This document shows positions 48,144-56,921 of a stretch of 64,000 nt of DNA, piece after piece (position 1 is the first letter of the stretch; every line of letters starts with the position of its first letter). The stretch is from Candidatus Binatia bacterium (GTDB lineage Bacteria; Desulfobacterota; Binatia; UBA9968; JAJDTQ01). Under the pieces are notes generated by a model. It did no database searches. It saw only the letters and a program-made list of their open reading frames with translations, and was not told the DNA's origin. Position numbers and translations under genes: made by a program. The DNA is taken from assembly GCA_963666515.2 (NCBI GenBank), contig OY762897.2, positions 896,001 through 960,000 on the forward strand, written 5' to 3'.

Positions 48144-49751
48144 ATGAGCCTACCACAAACCGTAGCGGAAGTATTGCGCGATCACGTGACGCTGGAATAC
48201 GAGTCGGTGGATCGCCTGTACTTGAACCTGTATGTGCCGCAGTTGCAGAGCGTGGGCGGGGTAGTGGGGTATCTGCACAAGCACCATGGCCAGCGGTTTG
48301 CGTCGACGGTGGCGCTGGCGCCCAAGAGTCGGGAGTTCGTGCAGGCGGTGAAGGACTTTGCGGAGCGGGAGCAGATCGAGGTGGTGCACTTCAAGAAGGG
48401 CCAGCGCAAGGACGAGGTGACGCAGGAGTACCTGGGGCGGTTCAAGGGAACCGAAGGGGTTTTGTACATCGGGATAGCGCAGGAGAAGGCCCGTGTGATG
48501 CGCACCGAGCGGCGCCGGAACCCGGACACCGGGGTCACCTATCCGTGGGTGGTCTCGTCTACCGCGATGGTCAACCATGTGTATTTCTATTGCGTGGACA
48601 AACAGGCGGGGCCGTTCTTCATCAAGTTCTGCACCTACTTCCCGTACAACGGCAAGCTGTGCCTCAACGGCAACGAGTACGCCAAGTGCCAGTTGCGCGA
48701 GCGCGGCATCCCGTTCGAGGCTTTGGACAACGGCGTGCGCTGCTGCGGAGACCCCGAGGCGCTGCAACAGATCTGCGAAGGCTTCGATGCCGCTTTCATC
48801 GACAGACTGGCGCGCAAGTGGTTCGATCGCCTGCCGCATCCGTATACGCCTCAGGACCGTCGCGCCGGTCTGCGCTACGACATCTCCATCCTGCAAGCGG
48901 AGTTCAGCCTGACCCAGGTGCTCGACCGCCCGGCCTCGGGCCGCGTCTTTTTCGAGGACGTGATCCGCGAGAACCTCGATCTCGGTCGCCCCAGCCAGGT
49001 GCAGTTGATCTTCCAGCGCCGGGTCACCCGGCGCACCCCCGGTCGGTTCCGTACCCGGGTCATCACCGCAGGCGTCACCCCTTCCTTGCACGTGGACTAC
49101 AAGCACTCGCGCATCAAGCAGTACCACAAGGAAGGGCAGGCGCTGCGCACCGAGACCACCGTCAACGACACCTATGACTTCGCCCTGGGCCGGCGGCTGT
49201 CTAACCTGGCGGCGTTGTGCCAGGTCGGCTTCACAGCCAACCGTCGTCTGTTGCAGATAGAAACCATCAGCCACGACTGTGCCCTGGGTGAAGACGAACT
49301 CCAACGCCATCAACGCGGCCTGGAGTTCCACGGACAACGCGCCTCGGCCCTGCGCTTCGCCGATGAGCGCGTGCAGGCTCTGATGCAGGCCCTGCTCTTG
49401 TTCACTCTTTCGGCCCGCGGCTTCTCCAACCGCGACCTGCGCGGGCACCTCGGTGCACTCCTGGGCCTCGATCCCAGTCCAATGCGCCCGGGCCGAATGA
49501 GTTACGACCTGAGACGCCTGCGCCTGCACGGCCTGATCGAGCGCATCCCCGGCGCCTACCGCTACCACTTGACCGAACACGGCCTCAAGGTGGCGATGTT
49601 CTACACGCGTGTCTACAACCGCATCCTTCGCCCCGGCCTGGCCCATCTTGCGCCCGACGCCGTGAGCGGCAATACCAAGACCCATCGGCGCTTTGCCGCC
49701 ATCACCAGGAACCTCGATGCCATTTGCGATGAGGCGAAGCTCGTCGCTTAA
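48144..49751 (+). CDS. Uncharacterised 535-aa protein with Rep_trans-like core and C-terminal winged helix (putative transposase/replicase)
   Basis: SRIKQYHKEGQALRTETTVND resembles Y-x-K...R-x-E; MSYDLRRLRLHGLIERIPGAYRYHLT resembles a wHTH. Confidence 0.7.
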   Translation: MSLPQTVAEVLRDHVTLEYESVDRLYLNLYVPQLQSVGGVVGYLHKHHGQRFASTVALAPKSREFVQAVKDFAEREQIEVVHFKKGQRKDEVTQEYLGRFKGTEGVLYIGIAQEKARVMRTERRRNPDTGVTYPWVVSSTAMVNHVYFYCVDKQAGPFFIKFCTYFPYNGKLCLNGNEYAKCQLRERGIPFEALDNGVRCCGDPEALQQICEGFDAAFIDRLARKWFDRLPHPYTPQDRRAGLRYDISILQAEFSLTQVLDRPASGRVFFEDVIRENLDLGRPSQVQLIFQRRVTRRTPGRFRTRVITAGVTPSLHVDYKHSRIKQYHKEGQALRTETTVNDTYDFALGRRLSNLAALCQVGFTANRRLLQIETISHDCALGEDELQRHQRGLEFHGQRASALRFADERVQALMQALLLFTLSARGFSNRDLRGHLGALLGLDPSPMRPGRMSYDLRRLRLHGLIERIPGAYRYHLTEHGLKVAMFYTRVYNRILRPGLAHLAPDAVSGNTKTHRRFAAITRNLDAICDEAKLVA

Positions 49752-49859
49752 ACTACCGAGCGTTACAACTCGCGATGGCCTACGATAGTATTCATGTACG
49801 AACGAAGTCCAGTTCAAATATCTTGTCTTCCTGAGTCAAGATCCTGTCGATCAAGGATT

Positions 49860-51329
49860 CTAGTCGGCCGCCGCCAGCAGCCGGTCGATGTCCAGGGCCT
49901 CTTCGAAGGCGTCGGCCACGGCGTCCAAGGCTTCTTCCACGCCGGCTTCGTAGGCCGGACCGAATGCACCGTCAACGCCCATGGAACGGAGGAACTCGCG
50001 GCGGAAGGCGTCGCCGGCCAGGAGCCCGTGGACGTAGCAGCCCATGACCCTTCCGTCCGCGGACACGCTCCCGGGATCGTGTCCCTCGCCCTCGGGCACG
50101 AGGAACGGCCGGGAGGCGTCGCCGCCGGTGCTCTTGCCGACGTGCATCTCGTAGCCGGCAAAGGCCGCGTCCACGGTCGCGCCGGCTCCCGCCACCTGTC
50201 TGAGCGTCTTGGCGCCGGTGAGCACGGTCTCGTGTTCCAGGAAGCCAAGCCCCGGTTCCTCGCCGGCCAGCCCCTCGATGCCTTGCGGGTCCGCCACCCT
50301 TCGGCCGAGCATCTGGTATCCGGCGCAGATGCCCAGCACGGCGCCGCCCCGGCGCCGGTGGGCGAGTAGGTCGATGTCCCATCCCTCGCGCCTGAAGGCC
50401 CGCAGATCGGAAAGGGTGGCCTTGGAGCCCGGCAGGATGACCAGGTCGGCATCGCCCGGGAGCGGGCGGCCGGGCGCCACCATGTCCACGGTCACCGCGG
50501 GTTCGGCTAGCAGAGGATCGAAGTCGTCGAAGTTGGCGATGTGCGGCAGCCGCGGAACCGCGACGCGGAAGGCTCCGTTGCCGGCCCGCGCCGGCCGGTT
50601 GTCGAGTGAGAAGGCATCCTCCTGCGGCAGGCGCAGCGCGGCGGGGAGATAGGGGATGACGCCGAAGGACGGCAGGCCGGTGCGCGCGGTGATGATGCCG
50701 AGCCCGTCAGCGAACAGGTCCGCATCACCGCGGAACCGGTTGATCAGGTACCCTTGCAGCAGCGTGCGCTCGTCGTCCGGCAGCAGCTCCCAGGTGCCCG
50801 TCAGGTTGGCGATGACGCCGCCCCGGTCGATGTCCGCCACCAGCACCACCGGTACTTGCGCAGCGGCGGCAAATCCCATGTTGGCGATGTCATGGGCGCG
50901 CAGGTTGACCTCGGCGGCGCTGCCCGCGCCCTCCACCAGCACGAAGTCCGCCGCGGACCTCAGCCGCTCGAAGCTCTCCAGGACCACGGGCATCAGCTCC
51001 CGCTTCACTTCCTGGAAGTCCTGCGCGTCGTGGTTGCCGCGCACCTTGCCGCGGACCACCACCTGGGCGCCCACGTCGGACTGCGGCTTGAGCAGCACCG
51101 GGTTCATGTCCACCGAGGGTGGGACCCCGCAGGCCCTGGCCTGCAGCGCCTGGGCTCGTCCGATCTCGCCGCCGTCGGGCGTGACGGCGGCATTGTTGGA
51201 CATGTTCTGCGGCTTGAACGGCCGCACCGTGTGGCCGCGGCGGGCCAGCAGGCGGCAGAGCCCGGCGGTCACCAGCGACTTGCCGGCGTCCGAGGCCGTT
51301 CCCTGGAACATGATCGTCCTGGCTCGCAT
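49860..51329 (-). CDS. cobQ: Cobyric acid synthase
   Basis: [49 protein letters not shown]. Confidence 0.96.
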   Translation of the reverse strand: MRARTIMFQGTASDAGKSLVTAGLCRLLARRGHTVRPFKPQNMSNNAAVTPDGGEIGRAQALQARACGVPPSVDMNPVLLKPQSDVGAQVVVRGKVRGNHDAQDFQEVKRELMPVVLESFERLRSAADFVLVEGAGSAAEVNLRAHDIANMGFAAAAQVPVVLVADIDRGGVIANLTGTWELLPDDERTLLQGYLINRFRGDADLFADGLGIITARTGLPSFGVIPYLPAALRLPQEDAFSLDNRPARAGNGAFRVAVPRLPHIANFDDFDPLLAEPAVTVDMVAPGRPLPGDADLVILPGSKATLSDLRAFRREGWDIDLLAHRRRGGAVLGICAGYQMLGRRVADPQGIEGLAGEEPGLGFLEHETVLTGAKTLRQVAGAGATVDAAFAGYEMHVGKSTGGDASRPFLVPEGEGHDPGSVSADGRVMGCYVHGLLAGDAFRREFLRSMGVDGAFGPAYEAGVEEALDAVADAFEEALDIDRLLAAAD

Positions 51330-51397
51330 GTCTGCTCAGGAAGGTTGCGACGGGATGCGATGATCGCGCCGGGTCAGGTCGTCGGAGTGAACCGCCA

Positions 51398-51937
51398 TCA
51401 GTCCGCCGCCGGGCCCTTGAGGGCCATGGGGAGCCCCGCCGCCACGAAGTAGACCCGCCGGGCGACGCCGGCCACGGCCTGGTTGAGCCGTCCGGCGTGG
51501 TCGCGGAAGGCGCGCGCCATGGCGTTGTCCGGGACGATGCCGAGGCCGACCTCGTTGGCTACCAGCACCACCGGTCCGGGCGCGGAGGCCAGCGATTCGC
51601 GCAGCGCTTCGCCGGCGGCGTCCACGTCACGGCCGTGGTGCATGAGATTGCCGAGCCATACGGTCAGGCAGTCCACCAGAACGCAGTTGCCCGGCGCGCT
51701 TTCCCGCCGCACAGCGGCTGCTAGCTCCACCGGCTCCTCGACGGTGCGCCAGTCCGCGCCGCGCCGGGCTCGATGTGTGGCGATGCGTTCGGCCATCTCG
51801 CTGTCCGTGACCACGGCGGTGGCGACGTAGACGCGCCGCTCCCACGCCCGTGCAAGCCCTTCGGCGAAGGCGCTCTTTCCCGCCCGGGCGCCGCCCAGCA
51901 CAAGGGTCACGTCGGAGCCTGCCGGAGCCGTGTTCAC
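51398..51937 (-). CDS. cobU: Adenosylcobinamide kinase / phosphate guanylyltransferase
   Basis: GGARAGKS, EM.ERI..HR, DCLT.WL.N, NEVGLGIVP, FRD.AG.LNQ. Confidence 0.94.
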   Translation of the reverse strand: MNTAPAGSDVTLVLGGARAGKSAFAEGLARAWERRVYVATAVVTDSEMAERIATHRARRGADWRTVEEPVELAAAVRRESAPGNCVLVDCLTVWLGNLMHHGRDVDAAGEALRESLASAPGPVVLVANEVGLGIVPDNAMARAFRDHAGRLNQAVAGVARRVYFVAAGLPMALKGPAAD

Positions 51938-52157
51938 TGGCGCACCGCCCGGATCCAACGGCGGGGTGCAGGCGGACGGCGAGTTGCGTTGCAATCGAAC
52001 ATGTGGAGCGCATCCTACAACGCGGGATGGACAAAGAGAAATACGCGATCTCGGAACGGCAGGGCACGGATCCGCACGGAATGCTTCCCGCCACGGCGGG
52101 AATCCAGGTTGACACCCACACGCCGTTTCCGTATTGCTGAATCCCATGGAGGACGCC

Positions 52158-52466
52158 ATGCGAAGCACCCATGACATGGGCGGGGACCCCCATGCCGGAC
52201 CCATCGACCGCTCACAGCACCAGTTGGACGACTGGGAGATTCTCGCCGACGCCCTGAACCAGGTGGTGGGGGTCAAGGGCATCAAGCGCACCGACGAGAC
52301 CCGGCGGGCGCGCGAGGAGATGGACTCGGAGGCGTACCTCTCGCTCAGCTACTACGAGCGCTGGATCGCCAGCCTGGAGACGATCCTGGTGGAGAAGGGC
52401 TTCATGACCCGTGACGAGATCGACCGGAAGGTGGCGGAACTGGAAGAGAAGTGGGGCGAGCCGTGA
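52158..52466 (+). CDS. Nitrile hydratase beta N-terminal domain / thiocyanate hydrolase beta-like subunit
   Basis: HDMGG, WE, DETRRARE, SYYERW, LVEKG. Confidence 0.85.
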   Translation: MRSTHDMGGDPHAGPIDRSQHQLDDWEILADALNQVVGVKGIKRTDETRRAREEMDSEAYLSLSYYERWIASLETILVEKGFMTRDEIDRKVAELEEKWGEP

Positions 52467-52768
52467 GCGGTGACGCGGGTTTCACGGACGGCCAGGCGGT
52501 GCGGGTGAAGTCGCACTTCAAGCCGGGCCACGTGCGCACGCCGTTCTACATCAAGGGCAAGACGGGGTGGGTGGAGCGCTGCTACGGCGAGTTCCGCAAC
52601 CCGGAGTCCCTGGGACACGGCGGCGACGGCCTGCCTCGGGTCCGGCTGTACCTCGTCGGCTTTCACCAGAAGGACGTGTGGGACGGCTACGGCGCCGCCG
52701 GCAGGGACAAGGTTTTCGTGGACATCTTCGAGCACTGGCTGGAGCCCGCCGCGGAAGCGGGCGCATGA
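52463..52768 (+). CDS. Nitrile hydratase beta C-terminal SH3 domain / thiocyanate hydrolase alpha-like subunit
   Basis: GHVRTPFYIKGKTG.V...NPE...LY.V.F...W...VDIFEHWLEP. GTGA overlap with the upstream gene. Confidence 0.85.
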   Translation: MSGDAGFTDGQAVRVKSHFKPGHVRTPFYIKGKTGWVERCYGEFRNPESLGHGGDGLPRVRLYLVGFHQKDVWDGYGAAGRDKVFVDIFEHWLEPAAEAGA

Positions 52769-52784
52769 AACGCGGGAGGGAAGC

Positions 52785-53417
52785 ATGGCGCACGAGCACG
52801 GTCCGGGAGAAGAGCACGAGGCGGGCCCCAGGCACGAGCTGAGCCACTGGGCCAAGCGGGCGTACGCCATACGCGACATCCTCATCGAGAAGGGCGTGCT
52901 GACCGAGGAGGACGTCCGGCAGCAGGCGGAGTTGACCGAGTCCAAGACGCCGGCCAACGGCGCCCGGCTCGTGGCCCGGGCCTGGACCGACCCCGAGTTC
53001 AAGGCGCGCCTCGTGGCCGATCCCAAGAAGGTGTGCGCCGAGATGGGCATCGACGCCACCACCCTGAACGAGTTCGTGATCCTGGAGAACACCGAAGGCG
53101 TGCGCCACATGGTGGTGTGCACCCTGTGTTCGTGCTACCCGCGTCCGATCCTCGGCCGGCCGCCGGACTGGTACAAGAGCTTCAACTACCGCAAGCGCGC
53201 GGTGAACGACCCCCGTGGCGTCATGCGCGAGTTCGGCCTGGAGTTGCCCGACGGCGTGGAGGTGCGGGTGCACGACAGCACCGCGGACATGCGCTACCTG
53301 GTGATCCCGGTCCGCCCCGCGGGCACCGAGGGCTTGAGCGTCGAAGAGCTGGAGAAGCTGGTGACCCGCGACAGCATGATCGGGGTGATGGACGCGTTGC
53401 CCTCCGTTCCGGAATGA
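52785..53417 (+). CDS. Co-type nitrile hydratase alpha / thiocyanate hydrolase gamma-like subunit
   Basis: GARLVARAWTDPEFK, metal-binding VCTLCSCY, DSTADMRYLV.P.RP. Confidence 0.93.
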   Translation: MAHEHGPGEEHEAGPRHELSHWAKRAYAIRDILIEKGVLTEEDVRQQAELTESKTPANGARLVARAWTDPEFKARLVADPKKVCAEMGIDATTLNEFVILENTEGVRHMVVCTLCSCYPRPILGRPPDWYKSFNYRKRAVNDPRGVMREFGLELPDGVEVRVHDSTADMRYLVIPVRPAGTEGLSVEELEKLVTRDSMIGVMDALPSVPE

Positions 53418-53426
53418 GGGACCATC

Positions 53427-54602
53427 ATGTTTCACGTTGACCTGGCGCCGTTCGGCGTGGACTCCGAGCGGCTCAAGACCGACCGTCTGAGCCGCCTGCA
53501 GGGCATCATGCGCGCCCGCGGCCTGGGCGCGCTGCTGCTGACCGACCCGCTCAACATCCGCTACGCTACCAACACCGTGTTGTGGCTCAACCTGCGCGCG
53601 ACCGGCGTGCAGCGCTTCGCGCTCGTGCCCGCGGAGGGCGAGCCGGTGGTGTACGAGCGGCTGTTCGGCAGCGAGCGCGCCGCCGGGCTCAAGAAGGAAG
53701 GCTCGATCCGGGGCTTCGGCTCCTACATGTTCGGCATGCGGCCGCCCGCGGCCACCCAGGACTTCGTGAATCTGGCCGCGGACGGACTGGCGCAGATGGG
53801 CGTTTCCGGCGAACGGGTGGGGATCGACGCCCTATGTCTCGGCGCGGTGGACCTCTTGCGGGAGAGCGGCTTCGCGGTGGTGGACGGGCTTCCGGCCCTG
53901 GGCGAGTCCCGTGTGGTCAAGACCCAGGACGAGGTGGAGCTTATCCGCTGGACCAGCCGCGCCAAGGAAGGCGGCTACGACTTGGTGCGCGAGGCCATCC
54001 GCAAGCCGCCGGTGGTGGAGGAGCGCCTGAGCCGCATGATGCTGGAGTACCTGCTGGAGCAGGGCTTCGAGGCCGGCAGCGAGTTCATCTCGATCTTCGA
54101 TTCCTCACAGATGGCCATCCGGCCGCACCGGGAACCCATGGGCATGGACCTCGTGATGACCGAGGGCGACCTGGTCATCTGCGACGCCACCGTGGCCGGC
54201 CCTGGCGGCTACTACAGCGACTTCGCCCGGACCTTCTGCCACGGCACGCCGTCCCAAGCCGACAAGGACCGCTACGCCGAAGCCTACGCCACCATACAGG
54301 AAGCGCTCGGCCATGTCCGGCCCGGCCCGTGCACCGCCCTGTTCGAGCGTTTCGGCAGGGACTCGACCTCCCGCCTTCCGGGCCTGGACGGCTTTCACGG
54401 CGTGGGAATGTGCATCTACGAGGCCCCCTGGCTCCGGGGCTACGACCCGCCGGAGTACCTGTGGTCGCTGGAAGAGAACATGATCATCGCGCTGGAGATC
54501 AACCACCACCCGGTGAAGCTGGAGCACCTGCTCCGGGTGACCGCCGACGGCGCGGAGATCCTCTCCACCTATCCGATGGAGGCCGAGCTGGCTCCGGCGT
54601 AG
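53427..54602 (+). CDS. M24 (Xaa-Pro peptidase/creatinase) family metallohydrolase
   Basis: NIRYAT, VKTQDEV, candidate ligands D(ATV), D(FARTF), H(GVG), E and E. Confidence 0.85.
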   Translation: MFHVDLAPFGVDSERLKTDRLSRLQGIMRARGLGALLLTDPLNIRYATNTVLWLNLRATGVQRFALVPAEGEPVVYERLFGSERAAGLKKEGSIRGFGSYMFGMRPPAATQDFVNLAADGLAQMGVSGERVGIDALCLGAVDLLRESGFAVVDGLPALGESRVVKTQDEVELIRWTSRAKEGGYDLVREAIRKPPVVEERLSRMMLEYLLEQGFEAGSEFISIFDSSQMAIRPHREPMGMDLVMTEGDLVICDATVAGPGGYYSDFARTFCHGTPSQADKDRYAEAYATIQEALGHVRPGPCTALFERFGRDSTSRLPGLDGFHGVGMCIYEAPWLRGYDPPEYLWSLEENMIIALEINHHPVKLEHLLRVTADGAEILSTYPMEAELAPA

Positions 54603-54613
54603 GAGGCTTCACC

Positions 54614-55237
54614 TCACCTGCTTCGATTCTTGTGCGCTTCGACAGCCCGCTTCGACCACAGCATTTGGTTGTGGACGGCGACGTCTTGGAGTGACAGAAC
54701 GTGTTGCTTCTCGTCGAATACAGAGACGGAGTGGAGAGCTTCAACGCGAGCAGCTTCGTCCCTGGACAGAAATACTTCGACGTGCAGCCCCAAGTTGGTG
54801 GCTTCCCAGTTTGGAGCCTCTTCCACCTTTCCCGCAATCCCTTCGAATGGCGGTATGTCGTCGGTCTGGGCTATGTATACGTACTTGCGTTCTCGATCCG
54901 ACTTGCCCGCAGCCGCGGACATCGCCGCTGCTTGATCACCGTCCCAGTCAGTCGGCATGATCGTTGGCAAATCGACGCCGAGGGCTTGACTGATCTCCTT
55001 CGCCGTCCGAAGACGGATACTCTGTCCCTGTTCTGCACGCTGAATGGTCCGAGAATCGCATCCAACCTTTTTGGCGAGGCCTTCCTGGGTCAGTCCAAGC
55101 CTCAATCGAAGCCGACGCAAGACTTTGCTATCCATGACGGGCATAAAGAGATTATAGTGTCGTGGGACTGAACGCGCAATGTCTGGGGCAATCGGCACAA
55201 ACGCCTTGGACTCGCCTTCGGGCACGCGCCGTTTCAA
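54614..55237 (-). CDS. XRE-family HTH protein with unknown C-terminal domain (start uncertain)
   Basis: LRLRLGLTQEGLAKKVGCDSRTIQRAEQG. Confidence 0.75.
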   Translation of the reverse strand: MKRRVPEGESKAFVPIAPDIARSVPRHYNLFMPVMDSKVLRRLRLRLGLTQEGLAKKVGCDSRTIQRAEQGQSIRLRTAKEISQALGVDLPTIMPTDWDGDQAAAMSAAAGKSDRERKYVYIAQTDDIPPFEGIAGKVEEAPNWEATNLGLHVEVFLSRDEAARVEALHSVSVFDEKQHVLSLQDVAVHNQMLWSKRAVEAHKNRSR

Positions 55238-55306
55238 TCAATGAAGCGTTGAAAGCCATGTGGGCAGACTTCAGACTTCACGCGTCACTGGCGCTGCACC
55301 CGAAAG

Positions 55307-55738
55307 CTATTTTGCCAAGTGTAGCTTCCCTTCGGCTTCATACGCAACGGTGCCGTTGCGGCGCGTCCTTCGAAAACTCAGGGTAACGCCACCCTCCCCA
55401 TCAAACGTGTAGGTTAGGGTAGTTCCCCGCCAAGGGGTTCGTGCAGTCAACGTCTGGCCTTCAATGGAGCCAACCATGGGTTGACAAAACAAGTTCCTTC
55501 TACCACGCCCCGCATAGATGAGCAGCACTCGGTTCGTTGGCGTGGTCTCTATCACAACGAGTACCGCTTCACGGGGAGGGTGGGGTCCCGGGTATGTCCC
55601 TTCGTATGTGCCGCGGTAGACTTTGCGGTCAGGACTCTGCAACCACGCGAAGTCCCCGCATTCCTTCTCTAAGTCGAACCCGTAGGCGCTTCCCGTCATG
55701 ACTATGAGCACTCCCAGTGCAAGAAGGATTCGTCGCAT
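55307..55738 (-). CDS. Secreted hypothetical protein
   Basis: GGAGG RBS, signal peptide MRRILLALGVLIVMTGSAYG, beta-rich body. Confidence 0.65.
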   Translation of the reverse strand: MRRILLALGVLIVMTGSAYGFDLEKECGDFAWLQSPDRKVYRGTYEGTYPGPHPPREAVLVVIETTPTNRVLLIYAGRGRRNLFCQPMVGSIEGQTLTARTPWRGTTLTYTFDGEGGVTLSFRRTRRNGTVAYEAEGKLHLAK

Positions 55739-55887
55739 CACCTGCCTCCGTCGTTGTCTACCGACCGAATCGGGGATCCTTGTCGTCGTCGCAACTGTTT
55801 TGCTTGGGGTCAATCACAGGGCTGACTGTCAGTGGGTGAACAATGCCGCCGCTTGCGGGTTCGAATCCCGCCGCTCCCTCTCAGGCA

Positions 55888-56367
55888 CTATCGTCCGTAC
55901 GACGCTCGCCACTCGTCGGCCCGTTTCTTGGCTTCGGTGATGTCGTCGTAGGTCAGCCGTTTTTCGAGCCATCCTTGCCAGTGGGCCAGTTCCTCGCTGG
56001 GCTTCTTCTCCAGGGAGAGAGTTGCCCACTTGTGCGCCTCGATGTAACCCTCGGTGGTGCCCATCTTCCGGTACATCCGTTGCAGGCCACGCATCGATTG
56101 AGCATGACCCTTCTGGGCAGCTAGCCCGTACCACTTCAAGGCCATCTGGGTGTCGACGCTTACGCCCCGCCCCCTCTCGTACATTTGGCCAAGCCGGTAT
56201 TGTGCGCGGGCATTGCCGCGGTCCGCAGCGGGGCGAAACTCACGGAGTGCCGTCGCGTAATCCTTGGCTCTGTACGCGCGGAGGCCCGCTTTGTATCCCG
56301 CCCAAGCAGGGGCTCCCATTGACAGCACAAGGGCAAGTGCAACGAGTGCGCTGAGAATTAGTCTCAT
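55888..56367 (-). CDS. Secreted Sel1-repeat protein
   Basis: Signal peptide; GNARAQYRLGQMYERGRGVSVD...WY.LAAQKGH. GGAGGTGA RBS. Confidence 0.88.
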   Translation of the reverse strand: MRLILSALVALALVLSMGAPAWAGYKAGLRAYRAKDYATALREFRPAADRGNARAQYRLGQMYERGRGVSVDTQMALKWYGLAAQKGHAQSMRGLQRMYRKMGTTEGYIEAHKWATLSLEKKPSEELAHWQGWLEKRLTYDDITEAKKRADEWRASYGR

Positions 56368-56921
56368 GATTCACCTCCAGTATATATTGATCCGCCGATG
56401 GCAGATTATTTCTGGCTTCTTGGAGCCGTAGCCTACAAGCGGTCGGCCACGAAACCGGTTCGGAGCATTCGTTGCAATTCCCGCCAATACCGTCCGGTGC
56501 CTGCCCGGCGGCATGATTGCTATTCCGAAGCGCAACTCCGCCTCGCTAGCGTTAGCGTTAGCGTTAGCCGCTGTGACGTAAGGGCTCGATGTCGCCCGGT
56601 CCGTGACACAGGCGGCGATCATGTGATCAGCCGTACGTTGCCCAAAAGACACCGCGTGCCTTGCGACGCCGTATCGTTGAGCGCGGCCTGGCGTCTGTTC
56701 GCGTTAATCAGGTAATCGCTCCAGAATCCGTTGTCAGACTCCGCCCTTGCGACGGAGGGCTGGAAACAAGCCCGATCATCAGCGCGGCGGCCCATGCAGC
56801 CCCGGACATGGCGGAGACGAGACAACTTGTCGCGAACCTTGGCGATCCTGCTCTCCATCATCGGGTTTCTCCGTATCTCACGACACACCGTTGAGTCTTT
56901 CCACACGAAATACGGAAGCGC

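Larger units (their letters stand above)
47993..49863 (+). mobile_element. Candidate unclassified insertion element bounded by CTAG
   Basis: CTAG at 47993-47996 and 49860-49863, a hairpin near each end, one large ORF, no terminal inverted repeats. Boundaries are inferred. Confidence 0.55.

Noticed and set aside
48150-49817. 555-aa ORF antisense to the putative transposase
   Set aside because: Mirror frame of the real gene, as seen throughout this window; no independent evidence of expression.
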